From Acidobacteriaceae bacterium (GTDB lineage: Bacteria > Acidobacteriota > Terriglobia > Terriglobales > Acidobacteriaceae), in assembly GCA_049796755.1 (NCBI GenBank), contig JBARFA010000005.1, forward strand, positions 2,625-66,624: 64,000 nt of DNA, read 5' to 3'. Below the pieces are notes generated by a model. That model saw only the letters and a list, made by a program, of their open reading frames with translations. It did not search any database and was not told where the DNA came from. Shown here piece after piece: positions 9,447 through 20,196 of the stretch. Positions within the stretch are counted from its first letter, which is position 1. Each line of letters opens with the position of its first letter. The position numbers and the translations under genes were made by a program.

Positions 9447-9778
9447 TTCGAAAGAACTCCTCGCATCGTGCGATGCGTTTCAGCAGGACAAGTGATTCAG
9501 GACACTTCGGGTGCGGTCGAACGGCACACACTAGGTTTTCACAAAAACAAGGGTCGCACAAATGACGGAGGACACAGGGCAACAGTTGCGTCGTTGCCAC
9601 AACTGCAGCGATTCCATGCGAACCGCAGAAGGCGAAGCCTGAAGTAACCTGCGAAAGGTACATAAGACGCTGTCTAGCATGACGAACGGCTGGCTTGCAT
9701 TGTAGTATCGAGGTAGGAGTGTAGGGCGGACTGGCACCGGATTCTGCACACAGAAAAACTTGTCTGGAGAACACGAAC

Positions 9779-10912
9779 ATGGCTATGACTGCCGCGGCAC
9801 GCGGGTTGGAAGACATTGTTGCTTCCGACTCAGGAATTTGTCTGATCGACGGAGACGCGGGCGTTTTAGCCTACCGCGGCATTGATATTCATGAGCTGGC
9901 GGAAAAATCGACCTTCCCTGAAACAGCGTATCTATTGTGGTTTGGACGCCTGCCTACCAAGTCGGAGCTTGTCGACTTCAATCAACAACTGACCGCCGCA
10001 CGTGCGCTACCACCTGAAGTGGTGCGGTTGCTGGGAGAATTGCCGAAGGATGCATTGCCGATGGCAGCGCTTCGCACCGCGGTTTCCGCGCTAAGCATGT
10101 ATGACCCGGATCAGGAAGGCATGTCGCACGAAGCAAATGTGCGCAAGGCGTTCCGTTTAACCGCTCAAATTCCTATGATTGTCGCGGTGTTTGATCGCGT
10201 GCGCAAGGCCAAGTCGATCATCGCGCCCGATCCATCTCTTAGCCATTCCGGTAATTTTTTATGGATGTTGAACGGGGAAAAGCCTTCTGCAACGGCCGAA
10301 CGCGCGTTGGATGTTGCCCTGATTCTGCACGCCGATCACGAATTTAATGCCTCCACCTTCGCTGCGCGCGTCATCGTCGCCACGTTGTCTGACATGCATT
10401 CAGCAATTACAGGTGCGATTGGCGCGCTGAAAGGTTCACTGCACGGCGGCGCCAATGAAGCCGTGATGCGCATCCTGTTCGCCATCGATCAAGCGGGTGC
10501 CGATCCAGTGGAATATGTGCGGCAGATGCTGGCAGACAAAAAGAAAGTCCCCGGCTTCGGACATCGCGTATATCGCACCGAAGATCCAAGGGCGACGCAT
10601 TTGCGACGCATGTCGCAGGATCTGGGACGCGCCGACGGCAATCCCAAATGGTTCGACATGTCGCGCAAGATTGAGCTGTTCGTGAAAGAAGAGAAGAAGT
10701 TGAACGCCAACGTGGATTTCTATTCTGCCTCGACTTACACCACGTTGGGCATTGATGTTGATCTGTTCACTCCCATCTTTGCGGTCAGCCGCATTGCCGG
10801 ATGGTCAGCGCACGTGATCGAGCAGTTTGAGGACAATCGACTGATTCGTCCACGCGCCGAATATACCGGACCGGCCTATCCGAACAAGTACGTGGCCATC
10901 GAAAATCGCTAA
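9779..10912 (+). CDS. gltA: citrate synthase (short, type I/2-methylcitrate synthase-like)
   Basis: Catalytic-region motifs LHADHEFNAST, GSLHGGANE and GFGHRVYRTEDPRA. Confidence 0.9.
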   Translation: MAMTAAARGLEDIVASDSGICLIDGDAGVLAYRGIDIHELAEKSTFPETAYLLWFGRLPTKSELVDFNQQLTAARALPPEVVRLLGELPKDALPMAALRTAVSALSMYDPDQEGMSHEANVRKAFRLTAQIPMIVAVFDRVRKAKSIIAPDPSLSHSGNFLWMLNGEKPSATAERALDVALILHADHEFNASTFAARVIVATLSDMHSAITGAIGALKGSLHGGANEAVMRILFAIDQAGADPVEYVRQMLADKKKVPGFGHRVYRTEDPRATHLRRMSQDLGRADGNPKWFDMSRKIELFVKEEKKLNANVDFYSASTYTTLGIDVDLFTPIFAVSRIAGWSAHVIEQFEDNRLIRPRAEYTGPAYPNKYVAIENR

Positions 10913-10940
10913 CTGTTTCCGCAAACCTCCGTGCAACGAT

Positions 10941-10971
10941 AAACCTCGCGGGTCTCCGCGAGGTTTTATTT
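10941..10971 (+). terminator. intrinsic terminator after citrate synthase
   Basis: 8-bp GC-rich stem CCTCGCGG / CCGCGAGG with loop GTCT and tail TTTTATTT. The flanking AAA can extend the stem. Confidence 0.8.
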
Positions 10972-11062
10972 CCGCCGCTGTCACATACATGAGCGAGCCA
11001 TTGCACAGGGGCTTTCGCTACTCTTGTGACACAATAAAGGGTTTGGTCGAGGCACCTTTCTT

Positions 11063-11992
11063 ATGAGTATGAACCCGCTGCGCTCTGCGTTGATTGCGCT
11101 ATCGCAGAACAAACAATTGCGCTCGTTTGCGGAACAGTCCCGCATGGGCCAGAAAATGTCCGGGCGATTTATCGCGGGCATGAATGTTTCTGATGCGTTG
11201 CGCGTCGCCGAGACACTGAACCGCGAAGGCATTCCGGTTTCGCTCGACAGCCTGGGCGAAAATGTCTCCACAGAGGAAGAGGCACGCCGCGCCGCCGACA
11301 TCTATCACCAACTGCTCGACGAGATTCAACAGCGCGGGTTGAAGGCCAACGTCAGCGCGAAGCTGACGCAGATGGGGATGTACATCAGCCCCGCCATTGC
11401 GCGGCAGATTACCACCGAGTTGGTCGACCATGCGGCCGCGACCAATAACTTTCTGCGCGTCGATATGGAAGGCAGCGATCTGACGCAGGCGACCATCGAC
11501 ATGACCCGCGAGATTCATGCCATGCCCAATCATGCGGGCCGCATCGGAACAGTGTTGCAATCGTATCTCTATCGATGCGAAGAAGACGTGAACCTGCTGC
11601 TGGCAGATCGCATTCGCATTCGGCTATGCAAGGGCGCGTACAAGGAACCGCCGACGCTGGCGTTCCCAGAGAAAGCGGTTGTGGACGCCAACTATTTGAA
11701 ACTGACAAAGATTTTGCTGACCAGCGGAGTGTTTCACGGGCTGGCCACACACGATGAAGTGATCATCCGCGAGATCAAGAAGTTTGTGGAACAGGAAGGG
11801 ATCGACAAACGCAGCTTCGAGTTCCAGATGCTCTATGGTATTCGGCGCGATCTGCAAATTTCTCTGGCGAAGGAAGGCTACGGCTTGCGCGTGTATGTTC
11901 CGTTCGGTACGGATTGGTATCCATACTTCATGCGACGCCTGGCAGAGCGTCCGGCCAATGTTTTGTTCATCGCGAAGAATCTTCTCAAGTAG
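11063..11992 (+). CDS. proline dehydrogenase (monofunctional)
   Basis: 309-aa protein with a PRODH beta8-alpha8 barrel pattern (VSLDSLGE, VSAKLTQMG, RVDMEGS, RLCKGAY, ATHD, FEFQMLYGIR). Confidence 0.85.
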   Translation: MSMNPLRSALIALSQNKQLRSFAEQSRMGQKMSGRFIAGMNVSDALRVAETLNREGIPVSLDSLGENVSTEEEARRAADIYHQLLDEIQQRGLKANVSAKLTQMGMYISPAIARQITTELVDHAAATNNFLRVDMEGSDLTQATIDMTREIHAMPNHAGRIGTVLQSYLYRCEEDVNLLLADRIRIRLCKGAYKEPPTLAFPEKAVVDANYLKLTKILLTSGVFHGLATHDEVIIREIKKFVEQEGIDKRSFEFQMLYGIRRDLQISLAKEGYGLRVYVPFGTDWYPYFMRRLAERPANVLFIAKNLLK

Positions 11993-12044
11993 CGGACCTC
12001 AGCGCTTAAAGGCGAATCTCGGCGGCCTCTCAACCCCGGACTAG

Positions 12045-12115
12045 AGTCCGGGGTCTGCCGAAGCGTTGAGTTGCGGAGGCTAATTCAATGTTAAAGTCCG
12101 GGATCTACCGGAGCG
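12045..12115. repeat. two copies of a 21-nt direct repeat in a convergent intergenic region
   Basis: AGTCCGGGGTCTGCCGAAGCG (12045-12065) and AGTCCGGGATCTACCGGAGCG (12095-12115) match at 18/21 positions. Each copy overlaps a hairpin-capable segment. Confidence 0.4.
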
Positions 12116-12118
12116 AGT

Positions 12119-12640
12119 TTAGTAGTCTTCGTCGTAGCGGCGGGTTCTACGATCGCTGCGGCGGTCGCCACCACCACGCAGCAGATCCAGAGTGGCGCGG
12201 ATAGTGTTCATCCATCCGCCAATCTGCCGCAGCGGCGCCATAATGTTGTCCTGAATGGTGCGGGTTCCGCGGGCGATGCCGTCCAGCGTGTCCGTCACCA
12301 TGTTGTCGATGCGAGACACCTGGGTGCGAGTCTTTCCGGTGACATCGGTGACGACGCCGTCGATATGGTTCACTTGATTGCGCAGCGTATCGGTTGCCTT
12401 CTGGACATTTTCGGTGATGGCGCGCATGCGCGGAGTTAAGTCGTCGAGCGTCTCCATGATATTCGCGCTGGACTCGACGATGGTGTGCACTTCGGCTTGC
12501 AGGCGATCAGCCTGCTCCATGATTTTGGCTTGAGCCGCCTTGGCAGCGACGGCAAACACTACCAAGACAATCGTCTGCAAAACAACGGCAAACGTAACCA
12601 CCCCAGTAAATACAAGGAAAACCGTCGATCCGGTTGGCAT
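12119..12640 (-). CDS. membrane-anchored helical-repeat protein (DUF948-like general stress type)
   Basis: N-terminal TM segment followed by repetitive amphipathic helices (TDTLRNQVNHIDGVVTDVTGKTRTQVSRIDNMVTDTL). It sits next to a YtxH gene, as in Firmicutes stress operons. Confidence 0.45.
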   Translation of the reverse strand: MPTGSTVFLVFTGVVTFAVVLQTIVLVVFAVAAKAAQAKIMEQADRLQAEVHTIVESSANIMETLDDLTPRMRAITENVQKATDTLRNQVNHIDGVVTDVTGKTRTQVSRIDNMVTDTLDGIARGTRTIQDNIMAPLRQIGGWMNTIRATLDLLRGGGDRRSDRRTRRYDEDY

Positions 12641-12823
12641 GAAGCCCCCTCATTACGAAATTTGCGCTAGCAGACGCTTGACCCGACCGTGGCTCTGACC
12701 CCATCGGGCGAAATCCGCTGAAAGGGAGCCGAAGTCAGTGGCCTGAGCACAAGTGTAGAACCGCAAGGCACAACTATACCAACGGCGGCAGGAACCGCAA
12801 GGCGCACCTGCCTTTGAGATGCA

Positions 12824-13195
12824 TTAAAAGCGATTTTCGGCTGCACCGCCATGAAACGGTTCTTCTTCATCGTTCACATGGTGTTCCGCCTCAGACCGGC
12901 TGCCGGCAACGCGGTCCACAATGCCACTCCAGCGTTCGCGGCCCTTTTCGGCGGCTTCCTTGCCACGCTCAGCAAACTCGTTCACCTGCTCGCGGCCTCT
13001 GTCGACCACGGAATTGATCTGCTCACGCGCCTCGCGGCTGCGAGCGGTTACATAATCTTTCTTATCCTTCGCGCTGGTCATCAAGCCTTCACGAAGTTCC
13101 TTGCCTGCCTTGGGGGCAAACAAAATACCGAGCAACGCACCTAAGCCAAGGCCTGCGATAAACCAACCAATTCCTGTCGTTTCCTGTTCTGGCAT
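12824..13195 (-). CDS. YtxH domain-containing protein
   Basis: N-terminal GLGLGALLGILFAPKAGKELRE followed by charged helices, which is typical of YtxH. Confidence 0.7.
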   Translation of the reverse strand: MPEQETTGIGWFIAGLGLGALLGILFAPKAGKELREGLMTSAKDKKDYVTARSREAREQINSVVDRGREQVNEFAERGKEAAEKGRERWSGIVDRVAGSRSEAEHHVNDEEEPFHGGAAENRF

Positions 13196-13578
13196 TTGCT
13201 TATCTCCTTCGCGCAGTGGAGGAATTACGCGATCATCTGGATAGTAGCAAATGGATATTGGCGCGGCAATGTGCAGTTGGGTTCCCCATTTGCCCTGAAA
13301 TCAGGTCAAGATGGCCCCGAAAAACAGCAATTCTGGTCTTTGCACGGGAGTCCTAGGACCTGAGATGAGAGCAATGAATCAGGTTCAAGTCCGCGCTGAG
13401 CGGCGGTTTCGCGGGCAGATCCTTACCAGATTTTCATGCTGGAAAGACTATAGTAAACGCAAGAGCCTGCACTTCTTGCGACCAGCGTCCCCTACATCCG
13501 GGCTCTCGCCCAGATGGCAGGGGTGCCTGATCCTCGTTCTTCCCCATTTGCATCTAACGTAGCGTTAAAGGGGAATTC

Positions 13579-15315
13579 ATGATCGACACGCATCACGAAC
13601 ATCCTTCTGCGTATTTGACGTTTACTTTGCACGCACATTTGCCGTATGTGGTGAACCATGGAACCTGGCCGCATGGTTTGGAATGGTTGCTGGAGGCCGC
13701 TGCGGAGACCTATTTGCCGCTGTTGCGCGTGATTGCCAACCTGGAGCGCGACGGAATTGCCTTGCGCGCCAATTTGAATCTTTCTCCCATTTTGCTGGAA
13801 CAGCTGGCTCACCCGGTGTTCCGCAAGGAATTTCCCCAGTATCTTGAGCGCAAGATAACGGCCGCCCGTGAAGATGAGGCTTACTTCGGCCAGAATGGCG
13901 AACCGCAGCTGGCCGAGACTGCGCGATACTGGCGTGCCTACTTCCAGCAGGCGCTGGATGATTTTAACGCTCTCGATGGCGATATCATCCGAGGATTTCG
14001 CGAGGCTGCCGACCGCGGTTTGATTGACATTATCACCTGCGGTGCAACCCATGGCTATTTTCCGCTGCTGGGAACCGATGAGTCGATCTGGGCGCAAGTG
14101 CAGACCGGCGTTGCTACCCATGAACGGCATATTGGCATGCACCCGCGAGGAATCTGGCTGCCGGAGTGCGCCTATCGACCTGCGGGGATGTGGAGTTATC
14201 CGGTTGTTCCGCACGGCAGCAAAGAGCCCTGGCACCCGTTCGATCGCAGAGGCCTAGAAGAGCCGCTGGAAGATGCCAAGATCGATTACTTCTTTGTCGA
14301 TACTCACCTGGTGGAGGAATCGGTTCTGTTTACCCCATATGAATTGCGGGCCGGAGGGGCAGTCGGCGTGGCCGCATCGCTGGAGGTTGAGACCTGCGAA
14401 CCGCAACACTCCCTCTACAAGCCGTACTATGTGGAGGGCCCGCGCGCTCATCGCAGACCGGTCACGATTTTTCCGCGCGATCCTCGAACAGGCCTGCAGG
14501 TTTGGAGCGGAGACGCTGGATATCCAGGGGACGGCAATTATCTCGACTTCCACAAAAAGCGGTTTCCAGGCGGCCATCGCTACTGGCAGGTGACGGGCTC
14601 GAAGATCGACATGGCGTTCAAGACGCCGTATTTTCCGGAGAAGGCGGCAGCGCGAACCAAATCGCATGCAGAACATTATGTCAGCCTGGTGGTCGACTCA
14701 CTACGATCTGGATTTAAAGATCCCGTGCCCGCCATCCTGACTTCTCCGTTCGATGCCGAGCTTTTTGGTCACTGGTGGTTTGAAGGAACGATGTGGCTGG
14801 AACAAGTAGCGCGCATTATGGCGCGGGAAGAAGTTCCGGTCGCGCTGACCAGTTGTGCTGCGTATCTCGATCGCCATCCGCCAGACAGTTTTCTTGCGCT
14901 GCCGGAAGGTTCGTGGGGAAAGAATGGCACGCACGAAGTCTGGCTGAGCCCGGATACGCGCTGGACGTGGGAATATTTGTACCCGGCAGAGGTCGCAGTG
15001 CGCGCAGCCGCAACCTCGGATCACTGGAAAAATAATCCCGTGGGAGAACGCATCCTGAAGCAGCTGTGCCGCGAGTTGTTATTGCTGGAGTCTTCCGACT
15101 GGCAGTTTCTGATTACGACGGAAGCCGCGCGAGACTACGCGGAAGACCGCTTCAACGAACACCTGGCATCCTTCCGCACGATTGAGAAGATGTGGCAGTT
15201 GCATTCCGGTGGCGGCACGCTCAGTGCCGACGAGGAAGCTGCGTTGCACAAGATCGAAGTGCAGGACAGCGTGTTTCCTCACGTCGATCCCAGCCTGTGG
15301 ACCGCATTGAAATAG
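13579..15315 (+). CDS. GH57-family 1,4-alpha-glucan branching enzyme
   Basis: N-terminal LHAHLPYV, then GATHGYFPLL, WLPECAY and ELFGHWWFEG. The size (578 aa) and C-terminal helical domain fit GH57 branching enzymes. Confidence 0.8.
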   Translation: MIDTHHEHPSAYLTFTLHAHLPYVVNHGTWPHGLEWLLEAAAETYLPLLRVIANLERDGIALRANLNLSPILLEQLAHPVFRKEFPQYLERKITAAREDEAYFGQNGEPQLAETARYWRAYFQQALDDFNALDGDIIRGFREAADRGLIDIITCGATHGYFPLLGTDESIWAQVQTGVATHERHIGMHPRGIWLPECAYRPAGMWSYPVVPHGSKEPWHPFDRRGLEEPLEDAKIDYFFVDTHLVEESVLFTPYELRAGGAVGVAASLEVETCEPQHSLYKPYYVEGPRAHRRPVTIFPRDPRTGLQVWSGDAGYPGDGNYLDFHKKRFPGGHRYWQVTGSKIDMAFKTPYFPEKAAARTKSHAEHYVSLVVDSLRSGFKDPVPAILTSPFDAELFGHWWFEGTMWLEQVARIMAREEVPVALTSCAAYLDRHPPDSFLALPEGSWGKNGTHEVWLSPDTRWTWEYLYPAEVAVRAAATSDHWKNNPVGERILKQLCRELLLLESSDWQFLITTEAARDYAEDRFNEHLASFRTIEKMWQLHSGGGTLSADEEAALHKIEVQDSVFPHVDPSLWTALK

Positions 15316-15327
15316 GCTTGCTGCGGA

Positions 15328-16581
15328 TTAATCCTCTGCAGCGAGCCTCGCCACGTGCTCGGCAATGATGCGATCTTCGTCCGCCGGCAACACATAAACA
15401 ACGATCTTCGAGTCCGGCGCGCTGATGATCTTCGGTCCGGCGTGAGTGGGCTCATTCGCGGCGGGATCGAGCGCCAGGCCGAAAACATCCATGCCCACGC
15501 ACACCTGGGCGCGCGTCTTGGGATCGCGTTCGCCGATGCCCCCGGAGAATACCAGCGCATCCAGACCCCCCATCAACGTGACGTAGCCGCCGATCATTTT
15601 CTTGACCGACAACGCGAAGGCCTCAATCGCCAATGCGGCTTGCGTGTTTCCATTTTTTTCTGCTTCACGGAGGAGGCGCATGTCGTTGGATAGGCCGGAG
15701 AGTGCAAGCATGCCGGAACGCTTGTTCAGCAATTGCTCAACAGCGTGGGTGGCGTCGGCCGCGCTGCCACCTTGCAGACGCATCAGGTAAAAGACCAGGC
15801 CGGGATCGAGATCGCCGGGACGGGTGCCCATGATGACGCCGCTGGTAGGCGTAAGGCCCATGCAGTGATCGAGAGCTTTTCCATCGCGAATTGCGGTCAC
15901 GCTGGCGCCGCTGCCCAAATGGGCGTAGATTACGCGCGTTGGAATCTGGTTTGGAGGATTCAGGTTCGGGACTCGACCCTCTCGAAATTGTTCCATGATG
16001 GATTCGCACGATAAACCGTGAAAGCCATAGCGATGCACACCCTGATCGCGAATTTCTTTCGGCAACGGGTAGATCGACGCGACCTCCGGTAGGTCCTGAA
16101 GAAAAATCGTATCGAAACAGGCGTAGTTCTCGACGCCGGGAAAACTATCCTTCGCTTCACGAACAATTTCGAGTCCGATCGGCTGATGCAGCGGAGCGAA
16201 ACAGGTGGCCTTTTCAATTTCCAATAGCACTGCCGAGGTGATCGGTTGATGCGCGTGCAGATTCGGTCCTGTGTGGACGATGCGATGGCCGATGGCGGCA
16301 GGCTGAGTCAATCCCGACTGATGCAACAGGGCTGCAATCTTTCGCACGGCATCGCGGATCGAGCCAATATCTTTCGGTTCCGACTCCGACACCAGCGTCT
16401 CGCGTTTTCCGTCGCGAAAACCGTAAAAGTTGAACTGCGGCTCGGGGGTTCCGATGCCGCCCGCTTCGCCCTCGTTCAGCTTCGTCATCTGTTTGCCATT
16501 GGCAATGTAAATGGAAAATTTAATTGACGAGGATCCGCCATTAAAAACCAGGATCGGTAAATGTTTCAGGTCAGTTCTCAT
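15328..16581 (-). CDS. ackA: acetate kinase
   Basis: [19 protein letters not shown]-like HRIVHTG, and FTGGIGE-like FSGGIGE. I chose the ATG at 16581, which forms an ATGA overlap with the phosphoketolase stop. The longest ORF starts at 16599. Confidence 0.9.
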   Translation of the reverse strand: MRTDLKHLPILVFNGGSSSIKFSIYIANGKQMTKLNEGEAGGIGTPEPQFNFYGFRDGKRETLVSESEPKDIGSIRDAVRKIAALLHQSGLTQPAAIGHRIVHTGPNLHAHQPITSAVLLEIEKATCFAPLHQPIGLEIVREAKDSFPGVENYACFDTIFLQDLPEVASIYPLPKEIRDQGVHRYGFHGLSCESIMEQFREGRVPNLNPPNQIPTRVIYAHLGSGASVTAIRDGKALDHCMGLTPTSGVIMGTRPGDLDPGLVFYLMRLQGGSAADATHAVEQLLNKRSGMLALSGLSNDMRLLREAEKNGNTQAALAIEAFALSVKKMIGGYVTLMGGLDALVFSGGIGERDPKTRAQVCVGMDVFGLALDPAANEPTHAGPKIISAPDSKIVVYVLPADEDRIIAEHVARLAAED

Positions 16582-19010
16582 CCCAGGGGCCATTTCCACT
16601 CTCGAATTTCCTTTCGGTCGATCCCATTCTCGTGCGCGTAATCAACCGCGTCGGTGATTTGGTCTTTCAGCCATTCCTTAACGTGCGCTCCGGTTGCGCG
16701 CAGCTTCGGCACGCGGTCAATCACATCAATCGCCAGGTTGAATCTGTCCACCTGGTTCAGGATGGCGAGTTCCAGAGGTGTATTGATGTTGCCTTTTTCC
16801 TTGTATCCGCGGACATGCATGTTGTCGTGATTGGTGCGGCGATACGTCAGCTTATGGATCAGCGATGCATAGCCGTGAAAGTTGAAGATGACGGGCTTGT
16901 CCAGCGTAAACAGCGAATCGAAGTCACGGTCAGACAATCCGTGTGGATGTTCTGTTTCCGGCTCCAGCTTGAACAAATCGACCACGTTGACAAAGCGAAT
17001 CTTCAATCCCGGAAAGCGCTCGCGAAGAATTGCCACTGCTGCGAGCGATTCCATGGTGGCAATATCGCCGGCCGTTGCCATCACCACATCCGGCTCCGCA
17101 TCCTGATCGTTGCTTGCCCAGTCCCAAATGCCGATACCCTTGGTGCAGTGCCGCACAGCTTCCTCAATATTCAGATACTGCAGATGGGGCTGCTTGTCGG
17201 CAACAATCACGTTGACATAATTCGTACTGCGCAAACAATGATCGCCGACACTCAACAGACAATTCGCATCCGGCGGGAGATAGATGCGCGTGATGGCCGC
17301 GCTCTTGTTGGTCACGACGTCAAGAAATCCCGGGTCCTGATGGGTGAATCCGTTATGATCCTGCCGCCAGACCAGCGAAGTAATCAGAATGTTGATCGAG
17401 GAGATTGGCGCGCGCCATTTCACTTCTGTCTTGCACTTCTCCAGCCACTTAGCATGCTGGTTGAACATGGAATCGATGACGTGGACGAAGGCCTCATAGC
17501 TGGCGAATAGGCCGTGGCGTCCGGTGAGAACATAGCCCTCGAACCATCCTTCCAGCGTGTGTTCGCTCAGCATTTCCATGACGCGGCCGTCGAGCGATAG
17601 CTCGCCGCCGTCCTGATCTTCCGGCAAGTATTTGGCGAGCCAGGTTTTCTTGCTCGCCTCATAAATGGCCTGCAATTTGTTAGAGGCGGTTTCATCCGGC
17701 CCGAAGACGCGAAAGCTGTCCATGTTTCTGCGCATGGTTTCGGCGAGGAAATGCGCCAGCACTTCGGTGGGTCCTACTTCACTTGTCCCAGGTTTAGTCA
17801 CGGTAAACGCGAAGTCTTGAAAATCCGGCAGCCGCAAGGCCTTGCGCAGCAAACCGCCATTGGCGTGGGGATTGGCGCTGATCCGGCGATGACCCGTCGG
17901 CGGCAACTCTTTTAGCTCCGGAATTAGAGTGCCGGCGGCATCGAACAGTTCTTCCGGTTTGTAACTCTTCATCCAGTCTTCCAGCAGCCGCATGTGTGCC
18001 GGATTGGTGGTCACATCCAGAATTGGAATCTGATGCGCGCGCCAGAATCCTTCGACCTTGTGACCATCCAGTTCCTTCGGGCCGGTCCATCCTTTGGGGC
18101 TGCGCAGAACCACCATGGGCCAGCGCGGCCGATCGGCCGTGTTGGTACTGCGTGCGTGTTTCTGGATGGAGCGAATCTCCTGAACGCAATGCTCCAGCGT
18201 GGCCGCCATCTGCTGATGCATGATGTGCGGATCGTCTCCTTCAACGAAATACGGCGTCCATCCGTAGCCGCGCAGCAACTGCTCCAACTCCTGCGGGATA
18301 ATGCGCGCCAGGAGTGTGGGATTGGCGATTTTGTATCCATTCAGGTGCAGGATAGGAAGCACCGCGCCGTCGCGAATGGGGTTGAGGAATTTATTGGAGT
18401 GCCAGGAGGTCGCCAGCGGTCCGGTTTCCGCTTCGCCGTCGCCGACAACCACCGTGGCGATTAGATTCGGGTTATCGAAAGCCGCTCCAAACGCGTGCGA
18501 AATGCTGTAGCCGAGTTCGCCGCCCTCATGGATTGAACCGGGAGTTTCCGGAGTACAGTGGCTTCCAATTCCGCCCGGAAAGGAAAACTCTTTGAAGAAT
18601 TTCTGCATTCCTTCTTCATCTTCGCTCTTGTCGGGATAGACCTCAGAATATGTGCCTTCAAGATAGGCGTTGGATAAAGTGGCGGGCGCGCCGTGGCCCG
18701 GACCGGAAATGTAGATCATGTCGAGGTCGTATTTTTTGATCAGGCGATTCAGATGGACCCAGACAAATGTCTGGCCAGGGTCAGATCCCCAGTGGCCGAG
18801 CAGGCGCTGCTTGATATGTTCCGGGCGCAGCGGTTCGCGCAGCAATGGATTGTTCCGCAGGTAAAGCATGCCGACGCAGAGATAATTGCAGGCGCGCCAA
18901 TAGGCGTCCATCTTGTGCAGCTCCTCGCTGGCAAGCGGTTTGCGGGAAGCGATCTTGTTCGCGGCGGAGGCGGAACGACGGGCGGGGACGGTGCGGATGT
19001 CGGTGGTCAC
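16578..19010 (-). CDS. xfp: xylulose-5-phosphate/fructose-6-phosphate phosphoketolase
   Basis: 810 aa with hallmark motifs [16 protein letters not shown]-type [11 protein letters not shown], and the ThDP-binding GDGE region. Confidence 0.95.
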   Translation of the reverse strand: MTTDIRTVPARRSASAANKIASRKPLASEELHKMDAYWRACNYLCVGMLYLRNNPLLREPLRPEHIKQRLLGHWGSDPGQTFVWVHLNRLIKKYDLDMIYISGPGHGAPATLSNAYLEGTYSEVYPDKSEDEEGMQKFFKEFSFPGGIGSHCTPETPGSIHEGGELGYSISHAFGAAFDNPNLIATVVVGDGEAETGPLATSWHSNKFLNPIRDGAVLPILHLNGYKIANPTLLARIIPQELEQLLRGYGWTPYFVEGDDPHIMHQQMAATLEHCVQEIRSIQKHARSTNTADRPRWPMVVLRSPKGWTGPKELDGHKVEGFWRAHQIPILDVTTNPAHMRLLEDWMKSYKPEELFDAAGTLIPELKELPPTGHRRISANPHANGGLLRKALRLPDFQDFAFTVTKPGTSEVGPTEVLAHFLAETMRRNMDSFRVFGPDETASNKLQAIYEASKKTWLAKYLPEDQDGGELSLDGRVMEMLSEHTLEGWFEGYVLTGRHGLFASYEAFVHVIDSMFNQHAKWLEKCKTEVKWRAPISSINILITSLVWRQDHNGFTHQDPGFLDVVTNKSAAITRIYLPPDANCLLSVGDHCLRSTNYVNVIVADKQPHLQYLNIEEAVRHCTKGIGIWDWASNDQDAEPDVVMATAGDIATMESLAAVAILRERFPGLKIRFVNVVDLFKLEPETEHPHGLSDRDFDSLFTLDKPVIFNFHGYASLIHKLTYRRTNHDNMHVRGYKEKGNINTPLELAILNQVDRFNLAIDVIDRVPKLRATGAHVKEWLKDQITDAVDYAHENGIDRKEIREWKWPLG

Positions 19011-19125
19011 AGAAACCTCTCAATCGGCGATGACTACATATATTAGATGAGAGTTCTGCCGCGCCGTCATCGGGGCCCGCAAAATTGACATTCGCTTCAT
19101 GTTGGAACGGCGGTTTTGTGGTCGC

Positions 19126-20175
19126 TCAATCGCCATGGGCATCCGCAGTTTCAGCCACTTTGCCTCGAAACATGCGATAGACGAAGATAAAATATCCAAT
19201 CGCAAGCAGGATGCCAAAGCCCCACCAGACCAGTCCGACGGCCAGCCCATGGTGGCCTGCAAGCGCTTTTGAGATGGTGATGTCCTGCGCGGAGTTGCGG
19301 CTGGATGGCAACAGAACTGGGCAAAGACCCACGGCCGCTCCGGCCAACATCAGCGTCAAGTAAAGGCATGAACTTAGGAACGCAGGAAAATCTCTGTCCT
19401 TGCGCGAGTAAAGAAGGATGCCGAACAAACTGCCAAGCACGCCGGCGGGAATAAGAAACGCGATTGGATAGTGGAAGTAACTCTGCAAAACGGCGGGTCG
19501 CACCAGCATGGTTGCCGTCAGGCTCAGAATGGTGAGAATCAGCAGAAGAATCCAGGCGCGCTGCACCAGATCGCGCGCCCGTTGCTGCAGCTCTCCGCCG
19601 GTTTTGATCGCGAGGTACAGGCTGCCGTGAATTCCAAGGGCAACCAGCGCAACCAGGCCGCCGATCACGGTATACCAATCGAGAATGCCGGGATTGGGGC
19701 CGACTCTCCAGTTGGTCCACAAGGGAGCGAAGAAATATCCGTCGGCGTTCAGCGGCACTCCGCGAATGACATTGGCCAGCGCGGCACCAAGAAAGATGGC
19801 GAGCAGAATACTGGAGATGGCGAAGGAGCCATCGAAAAATCCGCGCCAGACGACGGTGCCGAAGTGCGATCGCAATTCGATGCCGATACCGCGCAGAATC
19901 AGAAGCCACAACACGATCATCAGCGGCAAATAAAACCCGCTGAATGATGACGCGTACAGCAGCGGAAACGCAAAGTAGAGCGTTCCGCCGCCAGCCAGCA
20001 GCCAAACCTCATTGCCATCCCACACAGGCCCGATGGTGCGCAGAATTGTATCGCGATCCTGGCTCGATCTAGCAACCAAGAAATGTGAGATGCCCACGCC
20101 AATATCGAAGCCGTCGAACACTACATACGCCACCAGCATCAGTGCGACAATCCAGAACCAGATCAAGCCCATCAT
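19126..20175 (-). CDS. cydB: cytochrome bd ubiquinol oxidase subunit II
   Basis: 349-aa polytopic protein immediately downstream of cydA. N-terminal pattern WFWIVALMLVAYVVFDGFDIGVG and the WDGNEVWLL motif. Confidence 0.9.
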   Translation of the reverse strand: MMGLIWFWIVALMLVAYVVFDGFDIGVGISHFLVARSSQDRDTILRTIGPVWDGNEVWLLAGGGTLYFAFPLLYASSFSGFYLPLMIVLWLLILRGIGIELRSHFGTVVWRGFFDGSFAISSILLAIFLGAALANVIRGVPLNADGYFFAPLWTNWRVGPNPGILDWYTVIGGLVALVALGIHGSLYLAIKTGGELQQRARDLVQRAWILLLILTILSLTATMLVRPAVLQSYFHYPIAFLIPAGVLGSLFGILLYSRKDRDFPAFLSSCLYLTLMLAGAAVGLCPVLLPSSRNSAQDITISKALAGHHGLAVGLVWWGFGILLAIGYFIFVYRMFRGKVAETADAHGD

Positions 20176-20196
20176 GGGGAACTCCTGTACCTCGGC

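Noticed and set aside
13382-13392. GGTTCAAGTCC, resembling a tRNA T-loop
   Set aside because: The flanking bases cannot form a T-stem (TCAGG versus CCGCG), and no acceptor or anticodon arms can be drawn.
13492-14235. 247-aa minus-strand ORF overlapping the GH57 gene start
   Set aside because: It is antisense to the GH57 branching enzyme and has no motifs. It would also remove the promoter region of a well-supported gene.
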